From Escherichia coli 042 (GTDB lineage Bacteria > Pseudomonadota > Gammaproteobacteria > Enterobacterales > Enterobacteriaceae), in NCBI RefSeq assembly GCF_000027125.1, contig NC_017626.1: a stretch of 64,000 bases of DNA; one strand, written 5' to 3'. The notes beneath the pieces are model-generated. The model worked only from the letters and a program-made list of their open reading frames with translations. It was not told where the DNA came from and ran no database searches. Positions 13,720 through 25,352 of this stretch are shown in pieces. The position numbers and the translations under genes were made by a program. Positions within the stretch are counted from its first letter, which is position 1, and each line of letters begins with the position of its first letter.

Positions 13720-14528
13720 GCGATCTGCATAACGAGTCCATCTTTATTACCGGCGGCGGATCGGGATTAGGCCTGGCGCTGGTCGAGCGATTTATCGAAG
13801 AAGGCGCGCAGGTTGCCACGCTGGAACTGTCGGCGGCAAAAGTCGCCAGTCTGCGTCAGCGATTTGGCGAACATATTCTGGCGGTGGAAGGTAACGTGAC
13901 CTGCTATGCCGATTATCAACGCGCGGTTAATCAGATCCTGACTCGTTCTGGCAAGCTGGATTGTTTTATCGGCAATGCGGGCATCTGGGATCACAATGCC
14001 TCACTGGTTAACACTCCCGCAGAGACGCTCGAAACCGGCTTCCACGAGCTGTTTAATGTCAACGTACTCGGTTACCTGCTGGGCGCAAAAGCCTGCGCTC
14101 CGGCGTTAATCGCCAGTGAAGGCAGCATGATTTTCACACTGTCAAACGCCGCCTGGTATCCCGGCGGCGGTGGCCCGCTGTACACCGCCAGTAAACATGC
14201 CGCAACCGGACTTATTCGCCAACTGGCTTATGAACTGGCACCGAAAGTGCGGGTGAATGGCGTCGGCCCGTGTGGTATGGCCAGCGACCTGCGCGGCCCA
14301 CAGGCGCTCGGGCAAAGTGAAACCTCGATAATGCAGTCTCTGACGCCGGAGAAAATTGCCGCCATATTACCGCTGCAATTTTTCCCGCAACCGGCGGATT
14401 TTACGGGTCCGTATGTGATGTTGGCATCGCGGCGCAATAATCGCGCATTAAGCGGTGTGATGATCAACGCTGATGCGGGTTTAGCGATTCGCGGCATTCG
14501 CCACGTAGCGGCTGGGCTGGATCTTTAA
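13716..14528 (+). CDS. hcaB: cis-dihydrodiol dehydrogenase (SDR family)
   Basis: 270 aa with [11 protein letters not shown]-binding motif and YTASK catalytic motif. Confidence 0.9.
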   Translation: MSDLHNESIFITGGGSGLGLALVERFIEEGAQVATLELSAAKVASLRQRFGEHILAVEGNVTCYADYQRAVNQILTRSGKLDCFIGNAGIWDHNASLVNTPAETLETGFHELFNVNVLGYLLGAKACAPALIASEGSMIFTLSNAAWYPGGGGPLYTASKHAATGLIRQLAYELAPKVRVNGVGPCGMASDLRGPQALGQSETSIMQSLTPEKIAAILPLQFFPQPADFTGPYVMLASRRNNRALSGVMINADAGLAIRGIRHVAAGLDL

Positions 14529-15740
<1,212 letters not shown>

Positions 15741-15836
15741 CCAGGATAATTAGCGAATATCTCAACGCCTGGGGCGTGGCGAGGTACCAGAGTGTGTATT
15801 ACGTTTAAATCACATTATCTTGCAAAGGGATTGGTT

Positions 15837-16259
15837 ATGAACTCACTACGTTATTTTGATTTTGGTGCTGCACGCCCCGTTTTGTTATTAATTGCCCGTA
15901 TCGCCGTGGTCTTGATTTTCATTATTTTTGGTTTTCCCAAAATGATGGGCTTTGACGGTACGGTCCAATATATGGCCTCGCTGGGCGCGCCAATGCCAAT
16001 GCTGGCAGCGATTATTGCGGTAGTTATGGAAGTGCCCGCCGCAATATTAATCGTGCTTGGTTTTTTCACCCGTCCGCTGGCGGTGCTGTTTATTTTCTAC
16101 ACGCTGGGTACGGCGGTAATTGGTCACCATTACTGGGATATGACCGGCGATGCGGTTGGGCCAAATATGATTAATTTCTGGAAGAATGTCAGTATCGCTG
16201 GCGCATTCCTGCTGTTGGCAATTACCGGGCCGGGGGCAATTTCTCTCGATCGGCGTTAA
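15837..16259 (+). CDS. yphA: DoxX-family inner-membrane protein YphA
   Basis: ORF 15792..16259; the likely start is the internal [15 protein letters not shown] (140 aa); hydrophobic throughout. Confidence 0.8.
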   Translation: MNSLRYFDFGAARPVLLLIARIAVVLIFIIFGFPKMMGFDGTVQYMASLGAPMPMLAAIIAVVMEVPAAILIVLGFFTRPLAVLFIFYTLGTAVIGHHYWDMTGDAVGPNMINFWKNVSIAGAFLLLAITGPGAISLDRR

Positions 16260-16265
16260 AAACAT

Positions 16266-16295
16266 GCCGGATGCGGCGTGAACGCCTTATCCGGC
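16266..16295. repeat. REP palindromic unit
   Basis: GCCGGATGCGGCGTGAACGCCTTATCCGGC between the convergent yphA and yphB ends. Confidence 0.8.
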
Positions 16296-16305
16296 ATTTT
16301 ATAAA

Positions 16306-17178
16306 TTACAGTAACGCAACCCGCAACGACATCTCTGAAGTTGTTGATTCCCCTGGTGCAAGCGCAATGAGATCACCCCCTTCCGGGCGATGATGGTCAT
16401 CTGGCGCATGGCTCATCGGTTCCAGACAGAAGAAATCAAACGCATATCCTTTATCAAACGCCGGGTCGGAAACAAAGATGAAATAACATGGTGCAGGTGG
16501 CGTCGTTTCCATGATGATGGCGTACCCCTCCTGCGGCTGCTCGATGCGGGACTGACCATTCCATCCGGCAAAGCCATTGTTTACCCACTGGCGCGGCAAC
16601 GGCGCGAGCTGGTTGAAATCCAGCTCCTGCGGTAGCTGCTCGCAAAACTCACCCGCCAGCCACTGCTCCCGCTCCAGCCAGTAACCGCTCGCCTGCGCCT
16701 GAATCCGCGTTTGTGGTGACAACGGAAAATAAGGATGCCAGCCGGTACCAAATGGCAGCGTCTCTGCCCCTTGATTGGTGACAGAGAGCGTCACCGTCAG
16801 CGTATCTGCCGTTAAATGAAACGCCTGACTTACCCGATAGTGATAAACACCGCTGCGATGTTCATACACCAGACACAAGCTATCTTCGCTGCGCGAGACA
16901 CATTGCCACTGCCCCAGCCAGCCGTCGCCGTGCAGATAGTGCGCATCCCACTCAACATTCGGTTGCAGTTGATACTCACGCCCCTGCCAGACAAAACGGT
17001 TGCCACTCACCCGGTTTGCAAACGGCACCAGAGGGAAACAAGAGGCATCGGTTGCCACACCGCTTTTTTTACCGGGACGTAAGAGCGGCGTCGCGTCACG
17101 CCAGAAGCCTTCGATGACGCCGCCCCGGTCAGAAACGTCCAGCTTTAGCGGCCCGTGAGATAACGTATAGATGGTCAT
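16306..17178 (-). CDS. yphB: Aldose 1-epimerase (mutarotase)-family protein YphB
   Basis: 290-aa ORF MTIYTLSHGPLKLDVSDRGGVIEGFW, galactose-mutarotase-like fold family by recall. Confidence 0.85.
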   Translation of the reverse strand: MTIYTLSHGPLKLDVSDRGGVIEGFWRDATPLLRPGKKSGVATDASCFPLVPFANRVSGNRFVWQGREYQLQPNVEWDAHYLHGDGWLGQWQCVSRSEDSLCLVYEHRSGVYHYRVSQAFHLTADTLTVTLSVTNQGAETLPFGTGWHPYFPLSPQTRIQAQASGYWLEREQWLAGEFCEQLPQELDFNQLAPLPRQWVNNGFAGWNGQSRIEQPQEGYAIIMETTPPAPCYFIFVSDPAFDKGYAFDFFCLEPMSHAPDDHHRPEGGDLIALAPGESTTSEMSLRVALL

Positions 17179-17189
17179 CAGCTGACTCC

Positions 17190-18251
17190 TTAATCCGGGA
17201 AGTTAATCACAACTTTCCCGCATTTACCGCTCGCCATCAGCGCATAGGCATCTCCTGCCTGTTCCAGCGTGAAGCGATGGGTAATGGCGTTACGCGGCCA
17301 CAGTTTCCAGTCCGTTAAATCGTGGGCGCATTTTTCCATATGGAACAGACTGGTCACCCAGGAGCCAATAATCCGCCGTTGATGATGCATCAGATCAGCG
17401 CTAACCTCGAACTCCACTTTTCCGGTTTCTCCGATGTAAACCACCCGTCCCCAGTCAGCAGTGGATTGCAACGCCAGTAAGCGACCTGCGGCATTACCGG
17501 AACAATCGAGCGCAACATCCGCGCCACCGTGGGTAAGTTCGGCGATAATCTGCGGCAGACCTTCGGTCGTTGCTAAATAGCCATGATCCATCACCCCTAA
17601 CTGTTTCGCCATCGCCAGACGTTCCGGCAGCATATCAACGCCGATGATCCTTTTTGCACCGCGACCTTTCGCCAGCATCATCGCCATCATGCCGACCGGC
17701 CCCAGACCGACCACCAGCACGTTATCACTGCCGGAAACTTCGCCGCGCAAAATCCCTTCATACGCTGTACCAACGCCGCAACTGATAAACGCACCATCTT
17801 CATAGCTCAGCGCGTCCGGGAGCAGGATCAGATCTTTTTCTTCCGCCAGCAGGTATTCAGCATGGCCGCCGTCACGCTGCCAGCCGTAAGCCGCTTTTCC
17901 TTCGCCAGTACAAGAGATAGGAAAACCACGACGGCAGTTCGGGCAAAAACCACAGCCAGAAATATGATACACCAGCACACGGTCGCCCTCTTTAAAATGG
18001 CGGCAGCCTTGCCCCATCGCCACAATTTGCCCGCACGGTTCATGACCGTTGATAAATCCCTGGTATAACGGTTTATCGGGTGCCGCCGCCGTAGCGCGGT
18101 GTTGGTGGTAGATATAGTGGACATCGCTTCCGCAAATTCCGGAGGATTTCATTTTGATCAGTACCTGGTTAATCCCCGGCGTCGGCACCGCAACTTCCCG
18201 CAGATCGACGGTCGAATTTCCTGGTAAATAAGCTGCCAGCATCGTTTTCAT
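17190..18251 (-). CDS. yphC: Zn-dependent alcohol/sugar dehydrogenase (MDR family) YphC
   Basis: ORF 17190..18284; likely start at the internal MKTMLAAYLPGN; GHEPCG zinc-binding motif and a Rossmann GxGxxG (VVGLGPVG) are present. Confidence 0.85.
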   Translation of the reverse strand: MKTMLAAYLPGNSTVDLREVAVPTPGINQVLIKMKSSGICGSDVHYIYHQHRATAAAPDKPLYQGFINGHEPCGQIVAMGQGCRHFKEGDRVLVYHISGCGFCPNCRRGFPISCTGEGKAAYGWQRDGGHAEYLLAEEKDLILLPDALSYEDGAFISCGVGTAYEGILRGEVSGSDNVLVVGLGPVGMMAMMLAKGRGAKRIIGVDMLPERLAMAKQLGVMDHGYLATTEGLPQIIAELTHGGADVALDCSGNAAGRLLALQSTADWGRVVYIGETGKVEFEVSADLMHHQRRIIGSWVTSLFHMEKCAHDLTDWKLWPRNAITHRFTLEQAGDAYALMASGKCGKVVINFPD

Positions 18252-18316
18252 AAATCCCTCATTAACAATACGATTAATTTTCATCCCTGCCGCACCCGCG
18301 CCAGGGACGTTTAGGT

Positions 18317-19315
18317 TTAGCGTTTCGCTTTACTGCTTCGCTGAGTCAGCAAGATATTCGCCAGCACCGCCACCACGATGATGACGCCGCGCACCACCTG
18401 CTGGAAAAAGGAGTTAATCCCGAGCAGCACCAGACCGTTACCGATTAGCGTAATCACCAACACACCAAGCAATGTACCGAACAGGGAACCGCGACCACCG
18501 GAAAGCGCCGTACCGCCAACCACGACCGCGGCGATGACGTCAAACTCCAGACCGTTTGCGGCACCTGCGTTACCGGAACCGAGGCGCGCCGCCAACAAAA
18601 TGCCGGTCACCGCTGCTAATAATCCCGAAAGGGTAAAAATAAGAATGCGTACCCGACGAACGTTAATACCGCATAACTGCGCCGCCGTGGCATTACCGCC
18701 AACGGCAAAAACCGAGCGCCCGAAGGCGGTTTTGCGGCTAATGAACACAAACAGCGCAAACAGCACCATCATGATCAGCGCGGATACCGGCACACCGAGA
18801 AATTGTCCGCCCAGCCAGTCCAGCACTTCGTTTTCGTCAATCGGCACTGGCAAGGCGTTCGTCATAAATAGCCCCATTCCGCGCAGGGCGCTCCATAAAC
18901 CCAGCGTGGCAACAAAACTTGGCACGTTAAACACGCCGCGCAGCACCCCGGCGAGCGTTCCCATCAGCGCGCCTAACAGCAACACCAGCAGACAAGCAAT
19001 CGCCAGCGGAACCTCAAATTGCAGCAAAAATGCCAGGCACACCGAGACAAAAGCCACCATCGGCCCAACGCTGACATCAATTTCCCCGGAGATAATAATC
19101 AGCGTCATCGCCCAGGCGGCGATCCCAATGGTGGCGGCATCGCGCAGCACGTTCATCTGGTTATTCAATGAGATAAAGCCAGGCGCGTTCAGAGAGAAGA
19201 CCAGATAAAGAATGGCGATCACCACCAGCAAACCGATCTCATTAATATGGCGACTGACAAATTGTTTGAGCGAGACGCTCTTGCCCTGCGGCAATGGTAA
19301 TGACGAAGCAGACAT
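18317..19315 (-). CDS. yphD: Sugar ABC transporter permease YphD
   Basis: 332 aa, multi-pass hydrophobic, ribose/xylose-type permease family. Confidence 0.88.
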   Translation of the reverse strand: MSASSLPLPQGKSVSLKQFVSRHINEIGLLVVIAILYLVFSLNAPGFISLNNQMNVLRDAATIGIAAWAMTLIIISGEIDVSVGPMVAFVSVCLAFLLQFEVPLAIACLLVLLLGALMGTLAGVLRGVFNVPSFVATLGLWSALRGMGLFMTNALPVPIDENEVLDWLGGQFLGVPVSALIMMVLFALFVFISRKTAFGRSVFAVGGNATAAQLCGINVRRVRILIFTLSGLLAAVTGILLAARLGSGNAGAANGLEFDVIAAVVVGGTALSGGRGSLFGTLLGVLVITLIGNGLVLLGINSFFQQVVRGVIIVVAVLANILLTQRSSKAKR

Positions 19316-19339
19316 CTTCAGGTTCCTCGGTAAAATTCA

Positions 19340-20851
19340 TCAGTGCACAGACAGAATGGCGGACATCAGCTCATCCACATTGACCGGCGAGTGAAACTCC
19401 TGCGAGAACGTACCGTGCTGTAATAACAGGATGCGGTCACACACCAGCGGCAACTCCTCCACTTCACTGGAGATAAACACCACGCTTTTTCCTTCGGCAG
19501 CCAGCTCGCGGACAATACGGTAAATCTGCTGTTTGGCTTCGATATCGACGCCGCGCGTTGGCTCGTCGAGCAACAAAATCTGGCTGGCAGCATAGACCCA
19601 ACGACCGATCACCACTTTTTGCTGATTGCCACCAGAAAGCGTGCCGATGGGCGTTTCGCTACTGGCGGCCTTGACCGTCATCCGCTGCATCACCTCTTCG
19701 GTCAGGCGGCGGATGGTGGACCATTGCAGCACACCGTTGGCGCTGATTTTTTGCCGATTGGTCAGCACTGTATTTTCGTCAACGCCCAGCCAGGGAATGA
19801 TCCCCGCTTCTTTGCGGTTTTCTGGCGTATAGCCAATGCCGCGTTTCAGCATGTCGCCGTAATCGGGGCGAGTGATTTTCTCGCCGTTGATAACAATTTC
19901 GCCCTGTTCATACGTCTCCAGCCCAACTATGGCTTTCAACAATTCACTGCGCCCTGCCCCCAGCAGGCCAGCAATGCCGAGTACTTCGCCACGACGGAGC
20001 GTAAAGCTGATATCCTCCAGCTTGGGCTTATGGCGTAACGCACGGACTTCCAGCACGGCCTGATCGACAATTTCCTGAGGGGAAACCGGCGCAATATCAA
20101 CGTGATCGCGCCCGAGCATTAGCGACACAATATGATGCGTGGAGGTGTTTTCGAGCATCACATCGCCCGCCACCTGACCATCGCGCATAACGGTGGCACA
20201 GGAGGCAATGCGGCGGATTTCTTCCATCCGGTGGCTGACATAAATCACCGCCACGCCCAGTGCCGACATCTTTTTAACCGCGCTGATCACCAGTTCAACT
20301 TCCGCACTGGCAAGCGAACTGGTAGGTTCATCAAGAATGACCACGCGCGGCTCGCCCTTCATCACCCGCGCAATTTCCACCAGTTGCTTTTGCGCCGGGC
20401 TTAGCGTTGAAACAAGTTGTTCAGGGCTAACGTCAACGCCCAGCGCCTGTAAGCAACGTTGGGCATCCTGCGCCATTTGCAGGTAATCAATCATGCCGTT
20501 GCGGCGGGGCCACTGACCGAGGCAGAGGTTTTCCGCCACCGTCAGTCCCTCCACCAGACTTAACTCCTGATAAACCGCACGAACCCCCAGTTCAGCGGCA
20601 CGGCGAGTCAACGTAGCTTCGTCACCTTCCAGTCGCGTCTCGCCAATCCAGATATCACCGCTATCCGGACGTTCACTGCCGGTAAGCATTCGAATGAGGG
20701 TCGATTTGCCCGCGCCGTTTTTGCCTAACAGCGCACGAACTTCGCCTTTATTGAGCGTGAAGTTAACGTTATCCAACGCAACGACGCCGGGATAACGCTT
20801 ATTTCCTGCCACCACTTTTGCTACCGGGACTGCCTCTGTTGCCGTGAACAT
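19340..20851 (-). CDS. yphE: Sugar ABC transporter ATP-binding protein YphE (tandem ABC domains)
   Basis: 503 aa with two Walker A motifs (GKNGAGKST and a second in the C-terminal half) and LSGG signature. Confidence 0.9.
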   Translation of the reverse strand: MFTATEAVPVAKVVAGNKRYPGVVALDNVNFTLNKGEVRALLGKNGAGKSTLIRMLTGSERPDSGDIWIGETRLEGDEATLTRRAAELGVRAVYQELSLVEGLTVAENLCLGQWPRRNGMIDYLQMAQDAQRCLQALGVDVSPEQLVSTLSPAQKQLVEIARVMKGEPRVVILDEPTSSLASAEVELVISAVKKMSALGVAVIYVSHRMEEIRRIASCATVMRDGQVAGDVMLENTSTHHIVSLMLGRDHVDIAPVSPQEIVDQAVLEVRALRHKPKLEDISFTLRRGEVLGIAGLLGAGRSELLKAIVGLETYEQGEIVINGEKITRPDYGDMLKRGIGYTPENRKEAGIIPWLGVDENTVLTNRQKISANGVLQWSTIRRLTEEVMQRMTVKAASSETPIGTLSGGNQQKVVIGRWVYAASQILLLDEPTRGVDIEAKQQIYRIVRELAAEGKSVVFISSEVEELPLVCDRILLLQHGTFSQEFHSPVNVDELMSAILSVH

Positions 20852-20873
20852 AGGGACCTCTGCGAATCAGCGA

Positions 20874-21857
20874 TTAGGGCAGACCATCAACGTGCGTTGC
20901 CAGCCACTGTTTACCGTCTTCCGTTTTGGTATAGAGATCGATAGGCACCTGAATCACTTTTTCACCGTCGGCTTGTTTGTTGATAACCTTCAATGTTTGC
21001 GCGAAGACAGCATTGCCCATTTTCTTACCGGAAATATCCACCACCGCTTTCAACACCTGATTGTTTTCCAGCTCCTGAGCAATTTCAGTGGTCATATCCG
21101 AACCGAAAACAGCAATTTTTCCGGCCTGATTTTGATTACGTACCGCTTTTACCGCGCCGAGTGTCGCACCACCCGATTCTCCCATAATGGCGTTGAGATC
21201 CGGCGTGGAGATAATTAGTTTTTCACCAACGGAAATCGCTTTATCTAAAACAGTCCCTTCCTGATTAGCGACAATTTGCGCGCCGGGAACGCGGGATTTT
21301 AATACTTCTTCAAATCCTTTACGTCGCTGCACACAAACTTCAAAGGCTTCGCAATTGATGACGGCAATTTTCGGCTGGTCAATTTTATTGGCAATAAAAT
21401 AATCGGCGGCAGCGTTACCCAGTTTTTTACCAAATTCCAGCGGATCGCCGACCAGATACGCCGAGACATATTTATCGACGCCTTTTTGATTAATACAGGT
21501 GTTGTAGCAAATCACCGGAATACCCGCTTCACTGGCGCGACGAACGGTACGGCTACTGCCATTTTCAGACACTGCCGATAAAATAATGGCATCGACATTA
21601 CGCGCCACGAGGGTATCAACAAAGGTACTTTCTTTCGAAATATCACCCTGTGCGTTAGTTTCAATTAACTGTACCTGTACTGAAGAATCTTTTGCCGCAT
21701 CCTGAACGCCCTGACGCACGCCAGCGTAATATCCCTGAGTATCAAGGTATATTGCGCCAATGGTCATTTCTTTATCCGCAGCTCTGGCAAATAGTGCGCT
21801 ACCTAATAGCGTAGCCATTAATAATAGATTACGGGTTGTTGTCATTTTTTTAGGCAT
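20874..21857 (-). CDS. yphF: Periplasmic sugar-binding protein YphF
   Basis: 327 aa with N-terminal signal peptide (MPKKMTTTRNLLLMATLLGSALFARA); periplasmic binding protein family. Confidence 0.88.
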   Translation of the reverse strand: MPKKMTTTRNLLLMATLLGSALFARAADKEMTIGAIYLDTQGYYAGVRQGVQDAAKDSSVQVQLIETNAQGDISKESTFVDTLVARNVDAIILSAVSENGSSRTVRRASEAGIPVICYNTCINQKGVDKYVSAYLVGDPLEFGKKLGNAAADYFIANKIDQPKIAVINCEAFEVCVQRRKGFEEVLKSRVPGAQIVANQEGTVLDKAISVGEKLIISTPDLNAIMGESGGATLGAVKAVRNQNQAGKIAVFGSDMTTEIAQELENNQVLKAVVDISGKKMGNAVFAQTLKVINKQADGEKVIQVPIDLYTKTEDGKQWLATHVDGLP

Positions 21858-21953
21858 AGTGCCTCCTGTAGGGTTTTTATTTACAACGGCTTATTCTAAT
21901 TATTTTGTGATGAGCGGCAGCGCGTGCCGCTCAAATATTACAGTTAATAGGGT

Positions 21954-24900
21954 TTAGTGAACGCGGTTAAAAATAAAAGGCATCACAGTGGTGAATAATG
22001 CCGCTTTCGGCCAGGCCGGATTAATCGCCGTCAATTCAGCGCGAGCAGATTCATAGTGCGCAGCCTCCCCGAGTCCCGCGGACGCCAGCATCGCCACCAT
22101 CAGGCATTTTTCTTTATGCTGCTGTTGTAAATCGCCATACAGCGACAACAGGTCAGGTTGTGAAACAGCAAAGAAATCCGCCTCAATACTGGTTTTCGCC
22201 ATCTCTTGCGCCCACTGTTTCATTTCACTAAACAGTTGCTGTGCGGTTTGCTGTTCACCCAGCAGTCGCAGCGCCATTCCTTGCCAGAAGAGATAATCAA
22301 CCGGCTGATCGTTGTAATAACTGTGAATGTTAATGGTGCGATCGCCAGTCGCCGCCAGACGTAAACAACGCATCGCTTCAGTTTGATCGCCCTGCGCGTT
22401 GGCGCATATCGCCTGCCAGAACCAGATGTCGTTATCAGTTTGCCCCGGTAAACGGCCTTCGCTTAAATTCTCCGGATAATGCAGCGCGGCATGAAGCAGT
22501 TCGCTGGCCTGCTGCGGCTCTCTGGCATCAAGATGCTGCCAGGCGCGTAATAACTGGTTGAGGATAAACTGACTGGTGATCTTCCCTTCCCCGCCTTCCC
22601 ACGGGTGGAATTTGCGCGTGGCGAGAATGTCCGCCGCTTTGTCTGCCTGACCCGTGAGATGCCACAAATTGAGCAGTTCTGCGGTCATGTCGTCGCGTTT
22701 CAGCGCAATTTCCAGATTATTTTCCAGACGCGCCAGTCGTTTCTCCGGTGTGGTTCCACTTAACTTATCCAGCAAATCCCGTTCGAAAAGCAGACGTGCA
22801 TCCTGCGGCGCAAGCTGATAAGCATTATCAAGATAACGCGCGGCCAGCTCATAATCGTGTTGCTTATTCCACGCATGGATCGCCAACCCGCGCCAGCCAT
22901 CGGCAAACTCTGGCGACATCTCTACGCAACGTTGCCATAAAGTAATGGCTTTGTTGTAGCTGCGCTTGTTGTAGTAGAAGCAGGCCAGTAAATGACGGGC
23001 AAACCAGCACTCTTCAATACTCTCCAGCGCCGCCACTTCTTCCAGCGTATTCGGGAAACGGACAAACTGTGGGAAGACATCAATGGCTTTTGCGACCAGT
23101 TCGCCGCGTTCAGCTTTCGGCAGCAAGCTGGCTTGCAGGTAAAGCGGCAGCGTGCGCTGGCAGTCCAGTGCGTTCAGCATCTCTGCCGCCAGGGTGGGCA
23201 TTCCCCAGTTAATCAGTTGCCCGGCGGTCACCAGGGCGTTAACGTCGCGTCCCTGACACAGACCGCGCCACTGCGCGAAGGCTGATTCGCTACGACCATC
23301 GAACCAGTTCAGCCACCACAGAGTGGCGTTCAGCGGATAATCACGCAGCAGTTTCTCACGCTGCAAACGCGCGTTGCCCTGACGACCACTTAACACCAGC
23401 AGCAGATTATGCAGGCAAAGCACTTCCTGATTGGTTGGGCAGGCGCGAAGACTTTGTTGGCAAAAATCCAGACCAGCGTCGAAGTTACCATTACGCGCCG
23501 CCAGCCGTGCCAGACCATAATAGCCACCTGCTTTACTGTTGCCGCTCCAGACCGCACGCCAGAAATCCTCTTCGGCTTGTTGATATTGCCCCTGACGTTC
23601 GTAAGCACTGGCGCGAATCAAACTCGCCTGTCCGCACTGCGGATTTTTGTTCAGCGCATGTGCGCGTTTCAGCGCCTGAGTGGCATACGCCACCGCTTGC
23701 GGGAAATCTGCGCGGTTATATTCCAGCATCGCCAGCGCCAGGTTACAGCGATAATCCAGCGGATCCAGCGCCACGCCGCGCAGGTAGTAATCGAACGGTG
23801 AACGGCTGGCGTGATGATATTGCTCCAGATGCTGACCGATAAACCAGGCTTCATCTGTACTGGTAATGTCTTGTGCTGCCAGTGGCGCTTTGGCGACGTC
23901 CGGCAACGGCAACTCTTGCGGCTGATGTTCCTGATAACTCAGTATGATATTGCCGTCGGCATCGGAGAGCTCAATGGTCAGTCTGTCAGGATTGATACCG
24001 TGCAACACGCCCTGGATGGCGGTCGCTGGCATCAGTGCCACGGCATCATCAAGTAACGCGTTGCATTTGCCGATTTCGCGGATCGCCAGGCGGTATCCGT
24101 TCAACGGAGAGATGGCATACAGCCCCCACTCAATCCCCCGCTCACTACGCTGGAGTTTTATCACCGCATCGCGGGAGGCATTTTGCACCATGCCCAGAGA
24201 ATGATAAGGCAGGAAATACTGCTCGAAACGCTTCTCTTCGTACGCATCAAGCCAGGTAAAATCAGGCTGGTTATCGGCAAAAATACCGGTCATCAGTTCG
24301 ATATACGGGCCGTTATTGTCGGTCAGACTCTTATCCCACGCCTGGCCAAACTCACTGTGTCCCCAACTCCACTGTTTTTTACCTGGCGCAATATGGTGGT
24401 TGGCAACGTGCAGCAAACCGCCATCTTCATCGTGACACCACGCGCCGACAAAATCGTACTGCGATTTTTCAGCCATATATGAGGTTGGAACGGGCACATT
24501 TTTATAGCGAGAAATGTCCACTCCAGAGGAGTAGTCCACTTTGTAGTAAGTGCCGGTGGCGATGGGGAAAGCGGAGACGGCCCGTTTGCCGTGATCAAAG
24601 ACCGCCGTTACATCCGGCGGGAAGACGCTCTGATGCCCTTCACCCCCTTTCACTGCCGGGTTGGCCCACCACAAGAAATGACGCGGAGTGGCGTTGCCGT
24701 TATAGACGCGGCTGGCGATTTCCAGAGCCGCCCGGTCAGGGCGCAGGGTGAAACCTGTCATCACCTGTAAACCGTGCATCGGCTCCGTTTCGCCGACCCA
24801 CACGGTTTGTGCGCCGTCTTCATGGGCTTCGAGGGTGAAATCGACGGGCATAAAGGTGGTCGGGCGATGGTGTTGCGGCCAGTTAAACTCAATCCCGCCG

Positions 24901-25235
24901 GAGATCCACGGTCCCAGCAGCCCCACCAGCGCAGGTTTAATGACTTCATTGTGATAGACAAAATCGCGCTGTTTCACTTTATCCCATGCGCGATGCACCC
25001 GACCGCCCAGTTCCGGCAGGATCATCACTTTAATGTAGTCGTTTTCCAGCCACACCGCCTGCCAGGATTTCAGGGTTTTCTGCTCGCTCAGCGTATCGGT
25101 CACGCCGTAGGGATAAACCGCGCCGGACGATCCCTGATAAACGCGATTTTCCAGGAACATGGGATGTATATCCTGCGGCCCGGTTTCATAGGTCGGGATC
25201 TCAACGCGCTCTTGCCACACTTTTACTGGAGTCAT
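21954..25235 (-). CDS. yphG: Large TPR-repeat protein YphG, function unknown
   Basis: ORF 21954..25328; likely start at the internal MTPVKVWQERVEIPTYE (about 1093 aa). The C-terminal half is rich in TPR-like repeats. Confidence 0.85.
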   Translation of the reverse strand: MTPVKVWQERVEIPTYETGPQDIHPMFLENRVYQGSSGAVYPYGVTDTLSEQKTLKSWQAVWLENDYIKVMILPELGGRVHRAWDKVKQRDFVYHNEVIKPALVGLLGPWISGGIEFNWPQHHRPTTFMPVDFTLEAHEDGAQTVWVGETEPMHGLQVMTGFTLRPDRAALEIASRVYNGNATPRHFLWWANPAVKGGEGHQSVFPPDVTAVFDHGKRAVSAFPIATGTYYKVDYSSGVDISRYKNVPVPTSYMAEKSQYDFVGAWCHDEDGGLLHVANHHIAPGKKQWSWGHSEFGQAWDKSLTDNNGPYIELMTGIFADNQPDFTWLDAYEEKRFEQYFLPYHSLGMVQNASRDAVIKLQRSERGIEWGLYAISPLNGYRLAIREIGKCNALLDDAVALMPATAIQGVLHGINPDRLTIELSDADGNIILSYQEHQPQELPLPDVAKAPLAAQDITSTDEAWFIGQHLEQYHHASRSPFDYYLRGVALDPLDYRCNLALAMLEYNRADFPQAVAYATQALKRAHALNKNPQCGQASLIRASAYERQGQYQQAEEDFWRAVWSGNSKAGGYYGLARLAARNGNFDAGLDFCQQSLRACPTNQEVLCLHNLLLVLSGRQGNARLQREKLLRDYPLNATLWWLNWFDGRSESAFAQWRGLCQGRDVNALVTAGQLINWGMPTLAAEMLNALDCQRTLPLYLQASLLPKAERGELVAKAIDVFPQFVRFPNTLEEVAALESIEECWFARHLLACFYYNKRSYNKAITLWQRCVEMSPEFADGWRGLAIHAWNKQHDYELAARYLDNAYQLAPQDARLLFERDLLDKLSGTTPEKRLARLENNLEIALKRDDMTAELLNLWHLTGQADKAADILATRKFHPWEGGEGKITSQFILNQLLRAWQHLDAREPQQASELLHAALHYPENLSEGRLPGQTDNDIWFWQAICANAQGDQTEAMRCLRLAATGDRTINIHSYYNDQPVDYLFWQGMALRLLGEQQTAQQLFSEMKQWAQEMAKTSIEADFFAVSQPDLLSLYGDLQQQHKEKCLMVAMLASAGLGEAAHYESARAELTAINPAWPKAALFTTVMPFIFNRVH

Positions 25236-25352
25236 GGTGCCCTCAATATTAACAAGACATACTGAATTAAAAGATTTGTGGCAGTGTATTGAACAATCTG
25301 GCAATGTTTTCGCGGAATAATCACGCAATTAACTAAACAAGGTTTAGTAAAG

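Noticed and set aside
18378-19208. 276-aa plus-strand ORF opposite yphD
   Set aside because: Antisense to a convincing ABC permease gene; Pro/Ser/Thr/Ala-rich translation with no domain signature; shadow ORF.
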